Part shown: positions 49,404-60,475 of the stretch, piece by piece
Numbering within the stretch: the first letter of the stretch is position 1
Layout of the letters: every line of letters starts with the position of its first letter
Assembly (NCBI GenBank): GCA_001662655.1
Contig: KV460207.1
From: Pseudogymnoascus verrucosus
Lineage: Eukaryota
Reading direction: 5' to 3' (one strand)
DNA length: 64,000 nucleotides
The notes under the pieces: model-generated
Told to the model about the DNA's origin: nothing
Databases searched by the model: none
Seen by the model: only the letters and a program-made list of their open reading frames with translations
Position numbers and translations under genes: made by a program

Positions 49404-50630
49404 ATGGCGCCAGACCTCAACTCTGTTCCCCCATCGCCGCGCCCAATCTCTCAACAATCACCCCGCGTTACAGGAACCCCCTCGTCTCGCCGTGCGTCGC
49501 AGCAGATGCCCTCGCCCCCGACTGTTCCTCTCTCACCACCTGTTCCTAACATCCTACCTTCGAATACAAACGCGTTCATGGCTGCCTCTCAACCTGCTGG
49601 CGCGCAGGCGACAACTGCGTTTCCAACATTCACGACTGACAATACGGGCGTTGGAACTGGTCCGGGCCCCTTGAGACACCCCCGCCCACTCACAGCAGCG
49701 GACATACATCTCCAGCTTGAGAAAGAACAAGAAGCAGTCGTAAGTTCCCAACCTCAACCCCCAACCTCCCATCCCTCGTAGCAACCACCCAAACTAACAA
49801 ACACCCCCCAGGTCAACCGCCTAACCCGCGAACTCTCCCTCCTCCGCGCCGCCCAAAACGCGTCCGTCGTCTCCAACACCTCCTCAACCTCCGAGCGCGC
49901 CGGCCTCCCCGACGCCTCAGACCACCACTCCAACCACCTCCTCTCAGGCCCCTCCCACCCCCTCCCCTCAACCCGGCGCCACCACCGCTCCTCCTCCGCC
50001 GCCAGCGCGCGCAGCATCGCCGCCGCATCTGCCGCCTCCACCACCGCGGGCGTAGCAGGCAGCATGGCCAGCGTCTACGCGCCCTCCAGCTCTGAGCGCA
50101 CTCGCGGCACGCTTCCGCGCCATGACTCGACGACGCAATCACTCAGTTTGAGTCGCCAGAATAGCATTACCAGTTCGCGGCGCTCTGGGGCCTCGTCGCC
50201 CGTCCCGCCTCTGACTTCGAGTAGCTCGTACCAGCATTCTGAGTTCTCGCACACGTACCCCATGCGTCCGTCCTTCTCGTCGCAGCACCGCGAGTTGTCT
50301 GGGGGACAGATTCCGCAGCTGTCCAACGGAGATGGGCAGCCTATCACGTCTGTGCAGACGACGGGGCGGTATGAGGAGGCGGTGTATCATCGACATGAGC
50401 TTGAGGCTGTGAAGAGAGAGAATGATGCGTTGAAGCAGAAGATTCGGGATTTGGAGAGGATGGTTAGGGAGGGGAGACGTGCGAGAGAGGATGAGAGTCG
50501 CACGAGGAGCGAGAGTGTTAGTACGACTGCGAGTGTTATGAGGGGGAGGGATGAGGAAAGAGTTGCTGGAACGATTGAGGTGGATGATGTGAGAGTCGGG
50601 GAGAGCGCTAGTGGTGGAGGATTGGCGTGA
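49404..50630 (+). CDS. Conserved fungal Ser-rich protein with two short coiled coils (2 exons: 49404-49739, 49812-50630)
   Basis: GPLRHPRPLTAADIHLQLEKEQEAV|VNRLTRELSLLR across intron 49740-49811; second coil RYEEAVYHRHELEAVKRENDALKQKIRDLE. Confidence 0.85.
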
Positions 50631-50778
50631 GTGGTGGACTGGAATGAGCGACGCGTTTATGACTGGTGTTTTTTGCTTGATTCGGCAGGCGGGGGGGGGT
50701 TTACGGAATCGGAGATCAATTGTTTTTACTTTAGGTGGTCATTGGCAGTTTCGGCGGGGCGTTATGACAGGTATTATC

Positions 50779-50820
50779 TGAGCGAGTGAGCGAGTGAGCG
50801 AGAGAGTTTCGAGAGAGTTT
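50779..50820. repeat. Short tandem repeats (TGAGCGAG x3; CGAGAGAGTTT x2) between convergent genes
   Basis: Read directly from the sequence. Confidence 0.8.
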
Positions 50821-51516
50821 GCAAAAGCTTCTTTCTCATAGTGAATGAATATGACAACCATTGAGCGAATTTAAAAAACACCTGGGACCCAGACCTCGTG
50901 ATTACAATTCCTCTCCGTAGCAACACATCAAGTGCCTCTAAAGTGAGAAAGAATGCTCGCAGTCGAACCCGCCACCACAAACGCACAAGGCGCTATGGCA
51001 GCGGAAAGCAAGCGAATTCGTTCAAAGAACACCCCCTGAACTCCTCAAAACGAGCAGCACACTCCTAAGAATGGCAGCCGTTGTAAAAAATGCTCTGCTG
51101 TGCAAGTTAGCGTAACACCTTTCCCAAAAGCACTGTCGAAATCAGCCATCTCGGTCGGTATCTGAGATCTGCGGTCGGCACAGGCTGCTTGAATTGAGCC
51201 GTCTGAGCGAGATCCCTAGATACCGTGTCAGTCACTGTTTTTGCATCCACTGGGATTGAAAAAAAGGGGAAGAGGAAACAAAAATCTGTCTATCGAATGT
51301 GAATGATGGGAGCCAAGGCCAACAAGACTATAGAGAGGTTTCTGAATGCTAAACTGTTGAGCTATCTCGCTCAGTTGGGTATCGTATGTTTTCACGCGCC
51401 ATACGCCTTAAGACAACCGCCGCCACCTATTTTTCCCACCCTTGTGTGTTCCTATCCGGAGCTCCTTGGGGTAATATACATCCCGTTTCGTTACAACGTC
51501 GTAGTCGTACACTTGT

Positions 51517-53877
51517 TCATCTGCGGTCGTGCTCTTTCTGCCAGATGCGCTCGAGGTGGTTGCGCTGGACCTCGAAGCTCGAGTAGTTGCCGCCGAGGAT
51601 AACGCCGAGGACGCTCTGGCCTCTGCGCTCCTCGATGGATTTGCTGGATAGATCGCTCATGTGCTTGAATAGGTCATCGAATGCCCGCGAGAAGGCCTTG
51701 CGGATGGCTTGGGTGTTGTGGGAGCCACCGCTGATGTCGTTCGATGAGTTGTTCGGGTCGATGATGGAGAATCTATCAAGGTTACCCGCACGGTAGACGA
51801 TCTGTCTGGCATTATTCTGTGACGTATTAGATTTATGTATGACTAAAGCGTTAGAATGGTATATGCTTGCCTTCGATACATATGCAGGTGGCTTCAACTG
51901 GATTGCCGTGGAGGTGACATTGAATTCATTGCCATAAAGGTCGAAGAATTCCATGAGAATCTCGCCCAGGTGATGCTCTGGGATCATGTTTCCGCTCTGG
52001 ATTTGAGGCATGTGCTGTAGTAAGCTGACAACCAGACACGTAACAGTGAATCCGCCAATACCACCGTTCACAGGCTCATTGAGGCCTCTCATAGCCAAAA
52101 ACTGCTTGACAATAGTAACCAAAATGGGCATGGCAGGGAATGTATCCTTCCAGTTCTGGAATGTTTTGTTGGCTATCAAGCCCGTGTCGTTCTCAAAAGA
52201 TACGTCTACCCTGAGGCCAGTGTAATAATCGATATACTTAACCAAAGGCACCTTGGCCTTGGAAATTACTTCAATAGAATATGGTGCTGCGATCTTCTCT
52301 CTGTCGAGGAAATCCCTGAAGCGGAAAAGGGCGTTTTTGTTGGTATATTTACCATAACCTCCGTCCATGTAACCGCGCGACACGAACACCAAGTCCATAT
52401 CTGCAGTTGGTAGATAAAGCCCTGCAGGATATGAACCAAAAGGCAAGATGTCAGCATCGTGCCAAACCTTTTGAACGGCTCGGCGTAGATCACTAATGAG
52501 TGCGCCACGCATGTTTTCTTCCACCTCTGCAGGTTTGAAACGATGGAAGAAGTCCATAATTTCCATGTGAAGCCTATATATGTTAGGGCTAGTACAAATA
52601 GTGACGAAGAGCTAGACGTACCATGAACCCATATTTGCAGAGGGATAGTGATTGGCAAGCCATGGCGTGTCATCAATCCCTGCTTTGGCTTTCCACTCCT
52701 TAACAATACTCCCAGTAGCGGGGCCTTTGGGAGTTGGCTTTGGTACGAGCGACGGCCCTTTGATTTTGTCGTCGTATGTGCGCTTTCTGTTGCCCAGATC
52801 CGGATCTGTGGAGGTGTCTATAGGACGGGACTTTCCAGTTGGTGTAGTTACCTCCTGGGATTTTGCTGAATCTCTAGGTCCCAAGACCTCTTCGCGGTGA
52901 CTGTAATTGCCATTTCGCGGTCCAGTTGGTGCGCCTAGAACTTCAACAACGCTGTCGTCATCAGACTCGTCCCCATCACCCCCCAAATTATCATCGCCAA
53001 AATCAAATGAGATGAAGTCATCCGTCTCTGCAGTAGTCTTCGCTGCATCATTGAGGCCAGCTGACACACGTGCCTTCCTAATTAGTTTCACAACATCCTT
53101 CTTCTTGACACTTGACTCGTCTGGAGGTGGGAGGGCTGTATATGGGTCTGGATTCGACCATCTTGGAACGCTGTCGCCATCCGCGGAAGCCTTTACTTCC
53201 GTTCGAACCTGCTTTTTCTTTGGTTGCTCTTCTTCATCGTCCTCGGGCTTGTAGTCTTCATCGTCTGAGACATCCATGTCTGCTTCATCGCTATCCGACA
53301 TGTCTTCAACTGCCAAGTACTTTGGTGCGGTCCCCACAGTCTCATCCATACCCGGCATAAGCTCTGGAGTTGGGGCGCGGTTGGTCTGCAAGAAAGGTCT
53401 TTCCGCTGCCTTCTTGGAAAATCCTCCGCGACCGCGGTAGCCGCCGCGTCCTCGTGCGCCTTGCCGGCTGGAGTCTTGTCGCGCGTCACGGTGGCGCGGT
53501 CCTCGATCTTGGCCGTGGCGCGTGGCTCCCGATGGACGATAACTGTCGTGAGTGCGCGCTACGTCGATGGTCTCAGGCGCATCTCGCCTGAAAGAGAAGT
53601 CCGACGACGGTGGCCTGTATGAATCGGCACCGCCCCTGGGAAACGATGGAGGGTCGCCTCTATATGCGCTTGTTCCTGGCGCACGGTTTTCGTCATGTCG
53701 ATGATGACCGGAATCTCGGGGGCGGTATGTGTCGTCGTTGCGATGCGACGAATCACCTCTGCTCTGGTTGTCGTAGCTCAACTTTGGTGGCGGGGGAAGT
53801 GGGCGATAGGAGTTGCTGCTGCGCAGGTCGTACGCAGCAGTTACTGGTCGCGGTGGTAAACCAGCAGGTCTCGACAT
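51517..53877 (-). CDS. TRF4: Non-canonical poly(A) polymerase Trf4/Trf5/Cid14, TRAMP complex (exons 53877-52622, 52573-51871, 51816-51517)
   Basis: W|LHMEIMDF, PFGSYPAGLYLPTADMDLV (GS...DxD), AKVPLVK, VDVSF, RGLNEPVNGGIGGF, EFFDLYG, IIDPNNSSNDISGGS. Intron 52574-52621, and a probable GC-AG intron 51817-51870. Confidence 0.93.
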
Positions 53878-54540
53878 ATTGTCGGTGGTGTGTGTTGTAT
53901 TGAAATGATTTCGACGTCGGCTTCGTGCATGAAGAACAGGAGAGAGTGTGAAGTGAGAGGTTGGTGGCTACCATTCGCGAAAAGATTGTTATCTTAGCGC
54001 AATCAGTGAATAATGCGGGCGTGACCTGTGGGTGGGAAGTACGTACACCACCAGTACGCGCTTGCGACAACACCAGTCCAAACCAGTATGTAAGTTAAGG
54101 TACAAGGCCGAACTTGCACAACTAGCCATGATCACCGCGACGAAAGCAGGGACTTTTATGCCTACTGTATATGTTTACTGTGATCTGTAATACTTGTTTT
54201 GGTCTCTGAACAACTTCGAAGGTGATATTCTAAGCACTTACTACCATCTAGCGGCGTGTGTGAGGAAAGCCGGCGATATAAGTCGATTGCTGGATGTCCG
54301 CCCTAATCGGCATGTGATAAAAATACCCGGCTTCTTCTCTAGCACTTCAAGGACCGTATGTACTTGTCAGCTTCCTCTACAATCCACCTGCAAACTTTCA
54401 ACTTGTATCTATCTGAATTCCTGCAAGATCTCCTTCCTTGAATTGGGGTAGTTCCTCGCTCGCGCCTTCCTTTTCTGCGGTCTCTCTGTACTTCGACTAC
54501 GCTGGTCCAGACAGGGTTCCAGTTGGAAATGACGTCGTAA

Positions 54541-56387
54541 ATGGCGGCTTTTGTAGGTCGTCGGACCTCCACCCCTCACTGCGACAGTGATATTGGAGGC
54601 TTTCTTTTCGTTTTATAGAGCTAACAATGCCTCCAGGACACGCCCTGGCTCGACCTGATGTCTTCCTCACCAGCTCCATCGGGCCGCGACGATGAGAGCA
54701 TACATCATGCGAACGACCAGCGACCGACGACAACCGCGGCATTCTCACCAGTATCTCTGTCCCATGCATCTTCCGCAAACCGCCACAGGTCGACTATACT
54801 CGTTCATCAGAAGTCACCACTGCTCATAGCGACACCTCCTCAGATCACCAGAGCCCTTGCCTATTCACACGCGTTCCTTCTTCCGCTCAACAAGTTCGTG
54901 GGATTGTTGACATGGACAACCAATGACTCGTGGGAGAGTTTCATACTCGTAGCCTTCTTTTGGGCAACAGTTCTATATGGAGATGTCATATTACGATTTG
55001 CCGGGCCCGTAGTGGTTGTGCTGGGCCTTATTCTGGGGATGTACTCGCGACGATACTCACCTCTATCATCAACGGGCGTGACTGGAGAGAAGCAGAAGAA
55101 AGGGCATAAAAGAGAGGATTCAGAGGCTACGAATATTAAGCATCAGAAGTCATTGGACGAGATTGTTGAAACTCTCAAGGAGTTCACAGCAAGATGCAAT
55201 ATGCTACTCGATCCTCTTATACAGCTGACAGACTTCCTGTCTACTCAGCGGACAGCAACATCCGCGACAACTCGCCCAGCACTTACTACTCTTTTTATAC
55301 GAATAATCCTCATTACTCCATTATGGCTTCTTCTTACTCTCCCGCCTCTACGAATCATCACCACTAAGCGTATTGCTCTGACGACAGGGACGCTTATCAT
55401 TACCTGGCATTCAAAACCAACTCGAGTATCCCGAGAAATTTTATGGCGTTCATCCTTTATCCGCCGCGTATGCTCGGCGATCACAGGTTTGCACTTTGCA
55501 ACTAGGAATGCACCGCCGAATCTCCCAACCCGGGACAAACATCCAAAGCCGAAGTTGCCGGGTCAGAAAAGTAACGACTATCACGAAGAGGCATCGCTCG
55601 CTGCTTCTGCTGCGAGTAAACGAAGGCCAAATGCTTCGGGTGTCAAGTTCACGTTCATTATTTACGAGAACCAGAGACGATGGGTTGGTCTGGGATGGAC
55701 AACATCTCTGTTCGCATATGAGCGATCAAATTGGACTGACGAGCATCTGAACCCCGCACCTTCAAAGGCTGAATTTGAGCTGCCTGATGTTGATGGAGGA
55801 AATGCTCGATGGAGATGGGTAAAAGGCAGTAAATGGTTGGTTGAGGGCGCAGGTAACGGCGACGAAGGAGGGGCAAATGCGACATCTGAGGCAAAAGGTG
55901 GAGGTAATGGTTGGATTTACTATGATAACAAGGTATGTCAAAGTTGCAGCATTATTGGAGGTGCTCTAACTAACCAAAACAGTGGCAAAACGGTCGCCGA
56001 GGACAAGATGGCTGGGGCAAGTACACACGGAGGCGTAAGTGGTACCGCGACGCTGAGCTCGTGGAGGTGACGGCCAGTACAGAGATCACTCCTTGTTCCA
56101 CGCCGCCTCCTGAGCTAGAGACAGAGGTTGAAAGCAAGAGGCAGCGATCACGCTCCGAGACTGTTTCGTCTGTGAAGAGTGGAAGACCCCCTTCCGAGCT
56201 TACCCTCGATGATAGCTCAAGTACGAAGAGTGCGGGGTTTAGACCGGGTTCTTTGAAGAGGACAAGCACCACTGGGAAGGGAAGTGTGGACCTGGATGAG
56301 GGGGAGGCTTTACCTGGGCAGCTGCCACACAGGGAAAGGGACGGGGACTGGGGCATCGGGGATGACGTCAAGATGGGCCTGGAGTAG
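54541..56387 (+). CDS. Pex23/Pex30-family integral membrane peroxin with dysferlin domain (3 exons: 54541-54552, 54637-55932, 55983-56387)
   Basis: MAAF|DTPW; hydrophobic reticulon-like segments; IYENQRRWVGLGW, WTDE, WRWV, GWIYYDNK|W...YTRRRKWYRDAEL. Confidence 0.9.
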
Positions 56388-56893
56388 GGCCTACACTTAT
56401 AGCGGTATGGGAGTATTTCGTGGCATTCAGTGCCGTGGTTGCTGTTGTATTACCAGCTGTTTTAAACCAAGCCGTAGGAGCAACTTGTCAAAGTTATAAA
56501 TGTTCATTCGATATAAGGGTCGATTTACATGTGATAATTACATATCCCAACGAAAGTCATTTACCTTGGTTATTGCAGCGGGATTACGCTCTGTGCACCA
56601 TTCTAGATGTCTTGCTTCAGGTGATTGTAATATTTAGGATGCACAGCGTAAGAAACAATTTAATGCTGTGTGTGTTTCTACGTGTTTTTGATGCTGTGCA
56701 TTGATTTCATTTCCGCTCGAGTACGTAGCGGGCTCCAAAAGCCGAGGTATTCCCACGTGTCGCGCGACCATTGAACAATGCGCTTTTCCACTTAGCAAGC
56801 AACAATCATCGCGATATATGAAACGAATAACTCTATAAGCTGCAGAGGCCGGCGGACTCTCTCTTGATATTTGGATGGTAAACAGCTTTATCA

Positions 56894-58631
56894 ATGGCGA
56901 CTCCCGACCGCGACTCCGGGAAACCGGGACGAGACCGACTGTCGGCCAAATCCACCACAGACCCAGTTCTCCGCAATACGCTACGATATACGATATCCGC
57001 AAAGGAATACCAGGTTCTACATAAATATATTATATCGCGATCGAAGGTTCTGAAGAGGAATACGCCTACGGTGTCTCAAGTCGAGAAGCTTGTGGACAGA
57101 CCCGGACGCGATGATTACAATGCCGCCGCAGTCCGCGCGAGTTTACGCGTTTTCCTGGCAACAGGAGCTGCGCTGAAGGCATGGGCTGTTATAAAGGAGA
57201 CCTTGTTCAAGGGCAAAGCAGAGTATGCCGCCCCTCATCGAATAGAGAGCACAAGACTAACGTTCCTCAGCACCGCGAAGACTACCCTCTGGCGCTCGCC
57301 AACATTACGACTTTCCCTATCTCTATCATCCATCCTCCTCCTACATCGCCTGCTCTTCCGCTTCTTCACACGCTTACGAGCGCACCTCCTCACCCCCGAT
57401 GCACAGCCCTTCCGGCGGCGCAATCCTCGAACCTCACAAACTCTCACCTCCCGATTTGCGCCTGCTGTCGGAGCTAGTTTGGCAGGCTTCATGCTAGGGG
57501 TATACCCTGGCGAACAGCTACGACTATCCCTAGCAATATACGTGCTTAGCCAAGCTGCGGAGGCGACCTATAATCTTGCAGAAGAGCAAGGTTGGATTTG
57601 GGGAAAGAAAGGGAGCCGATGGGAGAGGCCATGGTGGTTTGGCAGCTGGATGCTCATGCCGCTTGTATCGGGACAGCTGCTACACGCATTCATTTTCGAC
57701 AGGGATTGTTTCCCAGAGGCACTTAACGGCTTCATGATGAGGTTCTCGCCACCGTACATACAAGGGAGGCCCGTGGATTACCCATCTAATCTTCCTTGGC
57801 CCGCGCCAGGGGAGGTTGTGGACAGTCTCGCTGAAATGGGACGACTCCGTTTCCCGTAAGTTCCCACTTGATTCTTCTGAGTTCACGTACTGACATTTAC
57901 TTTTAAGACCCTTTATTTCTCCTATTTTATTCCCCAATAAGAAGACCTTGCCTACCACACTCCAGGTAACGGCACCAATCACAGACGTCGCCCACCCTTT
58001 AATCACATCTCTTTCATGCGCTCTTCTCCACCCAAACGATCCTTCCTGCGCTAGGACATACCTCACCTACTGGCTCCGGGCCTTCCCACGCTTCGCCCGA
58101 CTCTTCGCTGTTGTTTTCGCAGTCTTCTCCCTCCCAAAATACAAGGCATTCTATAACGCGCCGATCGCCTCTCTCGATCAGCTTGGACGCTCGGTCCTCC
58201 GTACGTCCGCATTCGCGACGGGCTCCATTGGCACTGCCTGGGCAGCCATCTGTTTCTTCCAAAACTTCCTGCCCTCAAAGGCACTTCCCACCCAGCGATT
58301 TTTCCTTGGTGGTTTCCTCGCAGGTCTGTGGAGCTTCCTGGAGAGGGAGACCGGAAGGGGTAACTTCTTATATATGTCACGGTTGAGCATGGATAGTGTG
58401 TGGAAGGTGGGTGTGAAGAGAGGATGGTGGAAGAGCTTGAAGGGAGGTGATGTATGGCTATTCGTGGCAGCGTTAGCTGTTGTGAATGCTGTTTATACGA
58501 AGGATCATAATGCTATTAAGGGTGGAGCAGTCAGACGCGTTCTCGCTGGCCTCCGTGGAGAGAGCGCAGCGCTGACGAGCATCGAAATCGATGGCGATGA
58601 TGTTGATGAGGAGGATAAGAAGGAAAGGTGA
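56894..58631 (+). CDS. TMEM135/Pxmp4-like multi-pass membrane protein (exons 56894-57222, 57271-57855, 57908-58631)
   Basis: Multiple TM segments; GQLLHAFIFDRDCFP, HPLITSLSCALLHP..SC, RFFLGGFLAG, WWKSLKGGDVWLF. In-frame intron 57223-57270 and intron 57856-57907 (AAG acceptor). Confidence 0.75.
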
Positions 58632-59073
58632 AGGAATGGGATTCTACCATGATAAGATGTTGAGCGAGAGCGAGAGCGAGCTAGGGTCGCGGGGCATTAT
58701 TGGGGCGTTATCGGCTGTGTATAGCCCGGGGTCACTGTCTTGTTTGTTGTATCATGCCTGTTATGATAGCTAGTGGTAATTTGTATATATTTCAATGTAT
58801 GTATGCTGTCTGTTCTCGGTTTCAAGTCCACCGAACTCATAGGGGCAACCCCCGCAAAATTGGCGCACCTGAAAATGGGATGGCGGGGTAACGACGTCCG
58901 GATAATCTTCCCCAACTGCTATTCAGCTCTTTTAAATACTCAACCCTCAATTCCCAACGTATTCATTGACAGTAAATTGCCTTATAGCACATTCTTTCGA
59001 TCCTTCAGTGTGAATAAAGAAACCTGAATCATCGCCGCCTCCAATACCCTAAACCGCACGACGCGCCGCCACC

Positions 59074-60189
59074 ATGCCCAAAACGACCCCTCCTCTGGCG
59101 GATGTCATCCCCCCTCTCATCTTCGGAACAGCGGTTTTCAACCACCAGTTTAATAGCGATCCATTTTCGTTGCCCTCCACTACTCTCGTGCACCACGCAT
59201 TATCTTCCGGAGTCTCCGGCTTCGATACCTCGCCATACTACGGCCCCAGCGAAGAAATCCTCGGCGCCGCTCTTATAGCACCCATCGCCGAAACGAAGGC
59301 GCCATTTCCCCGCGACCAGTATACAATCCTTACAAAAGTGGGCAGGATAGCCGCGGATGAGTTCGACTACTCGCCGGAATGGATACGGAAGAGCATTGCG
59401 CGCTCCCTGCAACGCCTGCACACAGACTACCTGGACGTTGTATACTGCCACGACGTTGAGTTCGTGACCCCTGCAGAGGCGCTGGGGGCTATAAAAGAGC
59501 TACGCAGGATACGGGATGAGGATGGGAGCATCAAGTACGTGGGAATCTCCGGATTCCCAGTTGAAACTCTCTGCGATTTGGCAGAGATGATCCTGCGGGA
59601 GACCGGGGAACCTCTTGATATCGTCCAGAGCTACGGGAACTACACAGTGCAGAACCAGACTCTGAAGAACAAGGGTGTACAACGCTTCAAAGCAGCTGGT
59701 GTGGATGTAGTTCCCAATGCGAGTATACTGGGGATGGGTCTGCTGCGGACCCAGGGTGTGCCGACAGGGAGCATGGGGAACTGGCATCCAGCTCCGGATG
59801 GCCTGCGTAAAGTGTGCCAGGATGCCGTGCGAGTTTGTGCAGCGAAGAATGAGACCCTTGAGAATGTTGCCACGCGTTGGTCATTAGAGCATTGGCTCGT
59901 GGATGGGGCGGAGGTGGGCACGTCATCTTCTGTAGTGGATGGACAGAAGATTGGCGTTAGTGTTATTGGTGTGAGCAATTTGGTGGAATTAGAAGGGGCT
60001 TTGAAAGTGTGGCAGAGCGTGAAAGATGGTGTGCAAAGTGGGGTAGAAGAAGGCAAGAAGACCGAAAGTTTGAACAGGAGGAGGCACATCGATGAAATAG
60101 TACTTGGGATATATGAGGTGCTAGGGAAGTGGAGAGATTTCGCCTGGGACAGTCCAGGCGCAGAATTTGTGAACAAAGCTGCGAAATAG
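59074..60189 (+). CDS. Aldo-keto reductase, D-arabinose/L-galactose 1-dehydrogenase (Ara2-like)
   Basis: PLIFGTA, FDTSPYYGPSE, ILTKVGR, SLQRLHTDYLDVVYCHDVEF, YVGISGFP, NASILGMGLL, WHPAP. Confidence 0.9.
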   Translation: MPKTTPPLADVIPPLIFGTAVFNHQFNSDPFSLPSTTLVHHALSSGVSGFDTSPYYGPSEEILGAALIAPIAETKAPFPRDQYTILTKVGRIAADEFDYSPEWIRKSIARSLQRLHTDYLDVVYCHDVEFVTPAEALGAIKELRRIRDEDGSIKYVGISGFPVETLCDLAEMILRETGEPLDIVQSYGNYTVQNQTLKNKGVQRFKAAGVDVVPNASILGMGLLRTQGVPTGSMGNWHPAPDGLRKVCQDAVRVCAAKNETLENVATRWSLEHWLVDGAEVGTSSSVVDGQKIGVSVIGVSNLVELEGALKVWQSVKDGVQSGVEEGKKTESLNRRRHIDEIVLGIYEVLGKWRDFAWDSPGAEFVNKAAK

Positions 60190-60475
60190 AGTCTCACGAA
60201 GATAAACACGATTCAATATAGTTTGTATCAAAGCATGGATGTAGACGAATATTAAATGATTGCTACAGTGATATAGTCAACTCCTTTGAAGCAAATCCCA
60301 CTCGAGGCTAAACGAACCACAGTCCGAAAGTCCAACGAAGTACCTGTCCACCAACTCCGTGCAAAGCTCGTACAGTAAAGCAATCCCTATGCATCTATTT
60401 CCACAAAAAGAAGATTCGTTCCCAGCAATTGCCTTGCCTTGTTCCATTACATACACGAATAACATATTCCATACC

